Shown: positions 31,619-32,000 of the stretch, one piece after another | How the letters are laid out: every line of letters begins with the position of its first letter | How positions within the stretch are numbered: the stretch's first letter is position 1 | Source: Pyrodictium delaneyi | Lineage (GTDB): Archaea > Thermoproteota > Thermoprotei_A > Sulfolobales > Pyrodictiaceae | Direction of reading: 5' to 3' | Length of the DNA: 32,000 nucleotides | NCBI RefSeq assembly: GCF_001412615.1 | Contig: NZ_CP013011.1 | Coordinates: 690,001-722,000, forward strand | Program-made: the position numbers and the translations under genes | Notes under the pieces: model-generated | The model's database searches: none | What the model was told of the DNA's origin: nothing | The model's input: only the letters and a program-made list of their open reading frames with translations

Positions 31619-32000
31619 ATGCGGGCCAGAGAGGCTGTCATAGACTGGGAGGGGTTCGGGGAGTATCTCGAGCTCCTCGGGCTGTCGAGGAAGCGTCGTA
31701 GCGACCTCCTGCGCTATGCTAAGCGCTACTATAGGCTGCTATGGGCTAGCCCGGTGGAGGCTGCTAGGGTCATCGCCGTGGAGAGCCCTCATGTGGCTGT
31801 GAAGGTCCTCGCGGCCCTCTCGAGGCTGGCGGAGCATCTTGGCGTCGAGGAGGACTGGGCCCGGCGCCGGCGTGCGATACGCCGGCTCCTCAGGTATAGG
31901 CTCCGTGGGGCGCTGCCCCGGAGTCGTGTGCCCAGGTACCTCCGCGAGGAGCCTGGGTTCGTGGAGAGGCTGCTGTCCATAGCGAGGAGGCTGCCGGGCA
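31619..32000 (+). CDS. probable tyrosine recombinase/integrase, N-terminal part (runs off window)
   Basis: My own translation from the ATG at 31619: MRAREAVIDWEGFGEYLELLGLSRKRRSDLLRYAKRYYRLLWASPVEAARVIAVESPHVAVKVLAALSRLAEHLGV... It is open to the window end and resembles the SAM-like N-domain of archaeal integrases. Confidence 0.45.
   Translation, partial: MRAREAVIDWEGFGEYLELLGLSRKRRSDLLRYAKRYYRLLWASPVEAARVIAVESPHVAVKVLAALSRLAEHLGVEEDWARRRRAIRRLLRYRLRGALPRSRVPRYLREEPGFVERLLSIARRLPG

Noticed and set aside
1-32000. Search for CRISPR arrays, rRNA and long terminal or direct repeats marking element ends
   Set aside because: No regularly spaced 24-40-bp repeats and no rRNA-like conserved blocks were found. 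Only short local repeats were seen, so att sites cannot be assigned from this window.

Overview
High-GC archaeal sequence, about 60-65 % GC judged by counting a few lines, and Crenarchaeota-like in style. It uses many GTG/TTG starts, TTTAAATA-type TATA boxes close to start codons, class III (prepilin-type) signal peptides and GTGA stop/start overlaps. I found no rRNA, tRNA or CRISPR array. The window reads best as part of an integrated conjugative-plasmid-like element. (1) A giant TraG/VirD4-like FtsK/HerA-superfamily ATPase lies at 4265-7915. (2) A long minus-strand cluster (about 29.6 kb down to 16.9 kb) joins a type IV pilus module to a type IV secretion-like module. The pilus module has two small class III-signal pilins, a PilB/FlaI-family ATPase and a large polytopic platform protein. 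The secretion-like module has a VirB2-like two-TM protein, a membrane protein in the VirB3 position, a VirB4/TrbE/CedB-like ATPase, an anchored Thr-rich glycoprotein and a VirB6/CedA-like 737-aa membrane protein. (3) There are many small DNA-binding genes (wHTH, AbrB-like, RHH-like), several preceded by clear palindromic operator motifs. (4) An IS200/IS605 element (tnpA + tnpB) sits in the 3' end of one of two paralogous PqqD/RRE-like genes. (5) A strikingly AT-rich island (about 9.15-11.1 kb) carries a 599-aa multi-wHTH protein. (6) A RelE/ParE toxin gene carries an in-frame TAG. (7) The N-terminal part of a probable tyrosine-recombinase integrase runs off the right edge. All functional calls come from motif and architecture recognition by eye, with no database search, so family names are hypotheses. 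Many long ORFs in the supplied track are high-GC shadow ORFs and were rejected.
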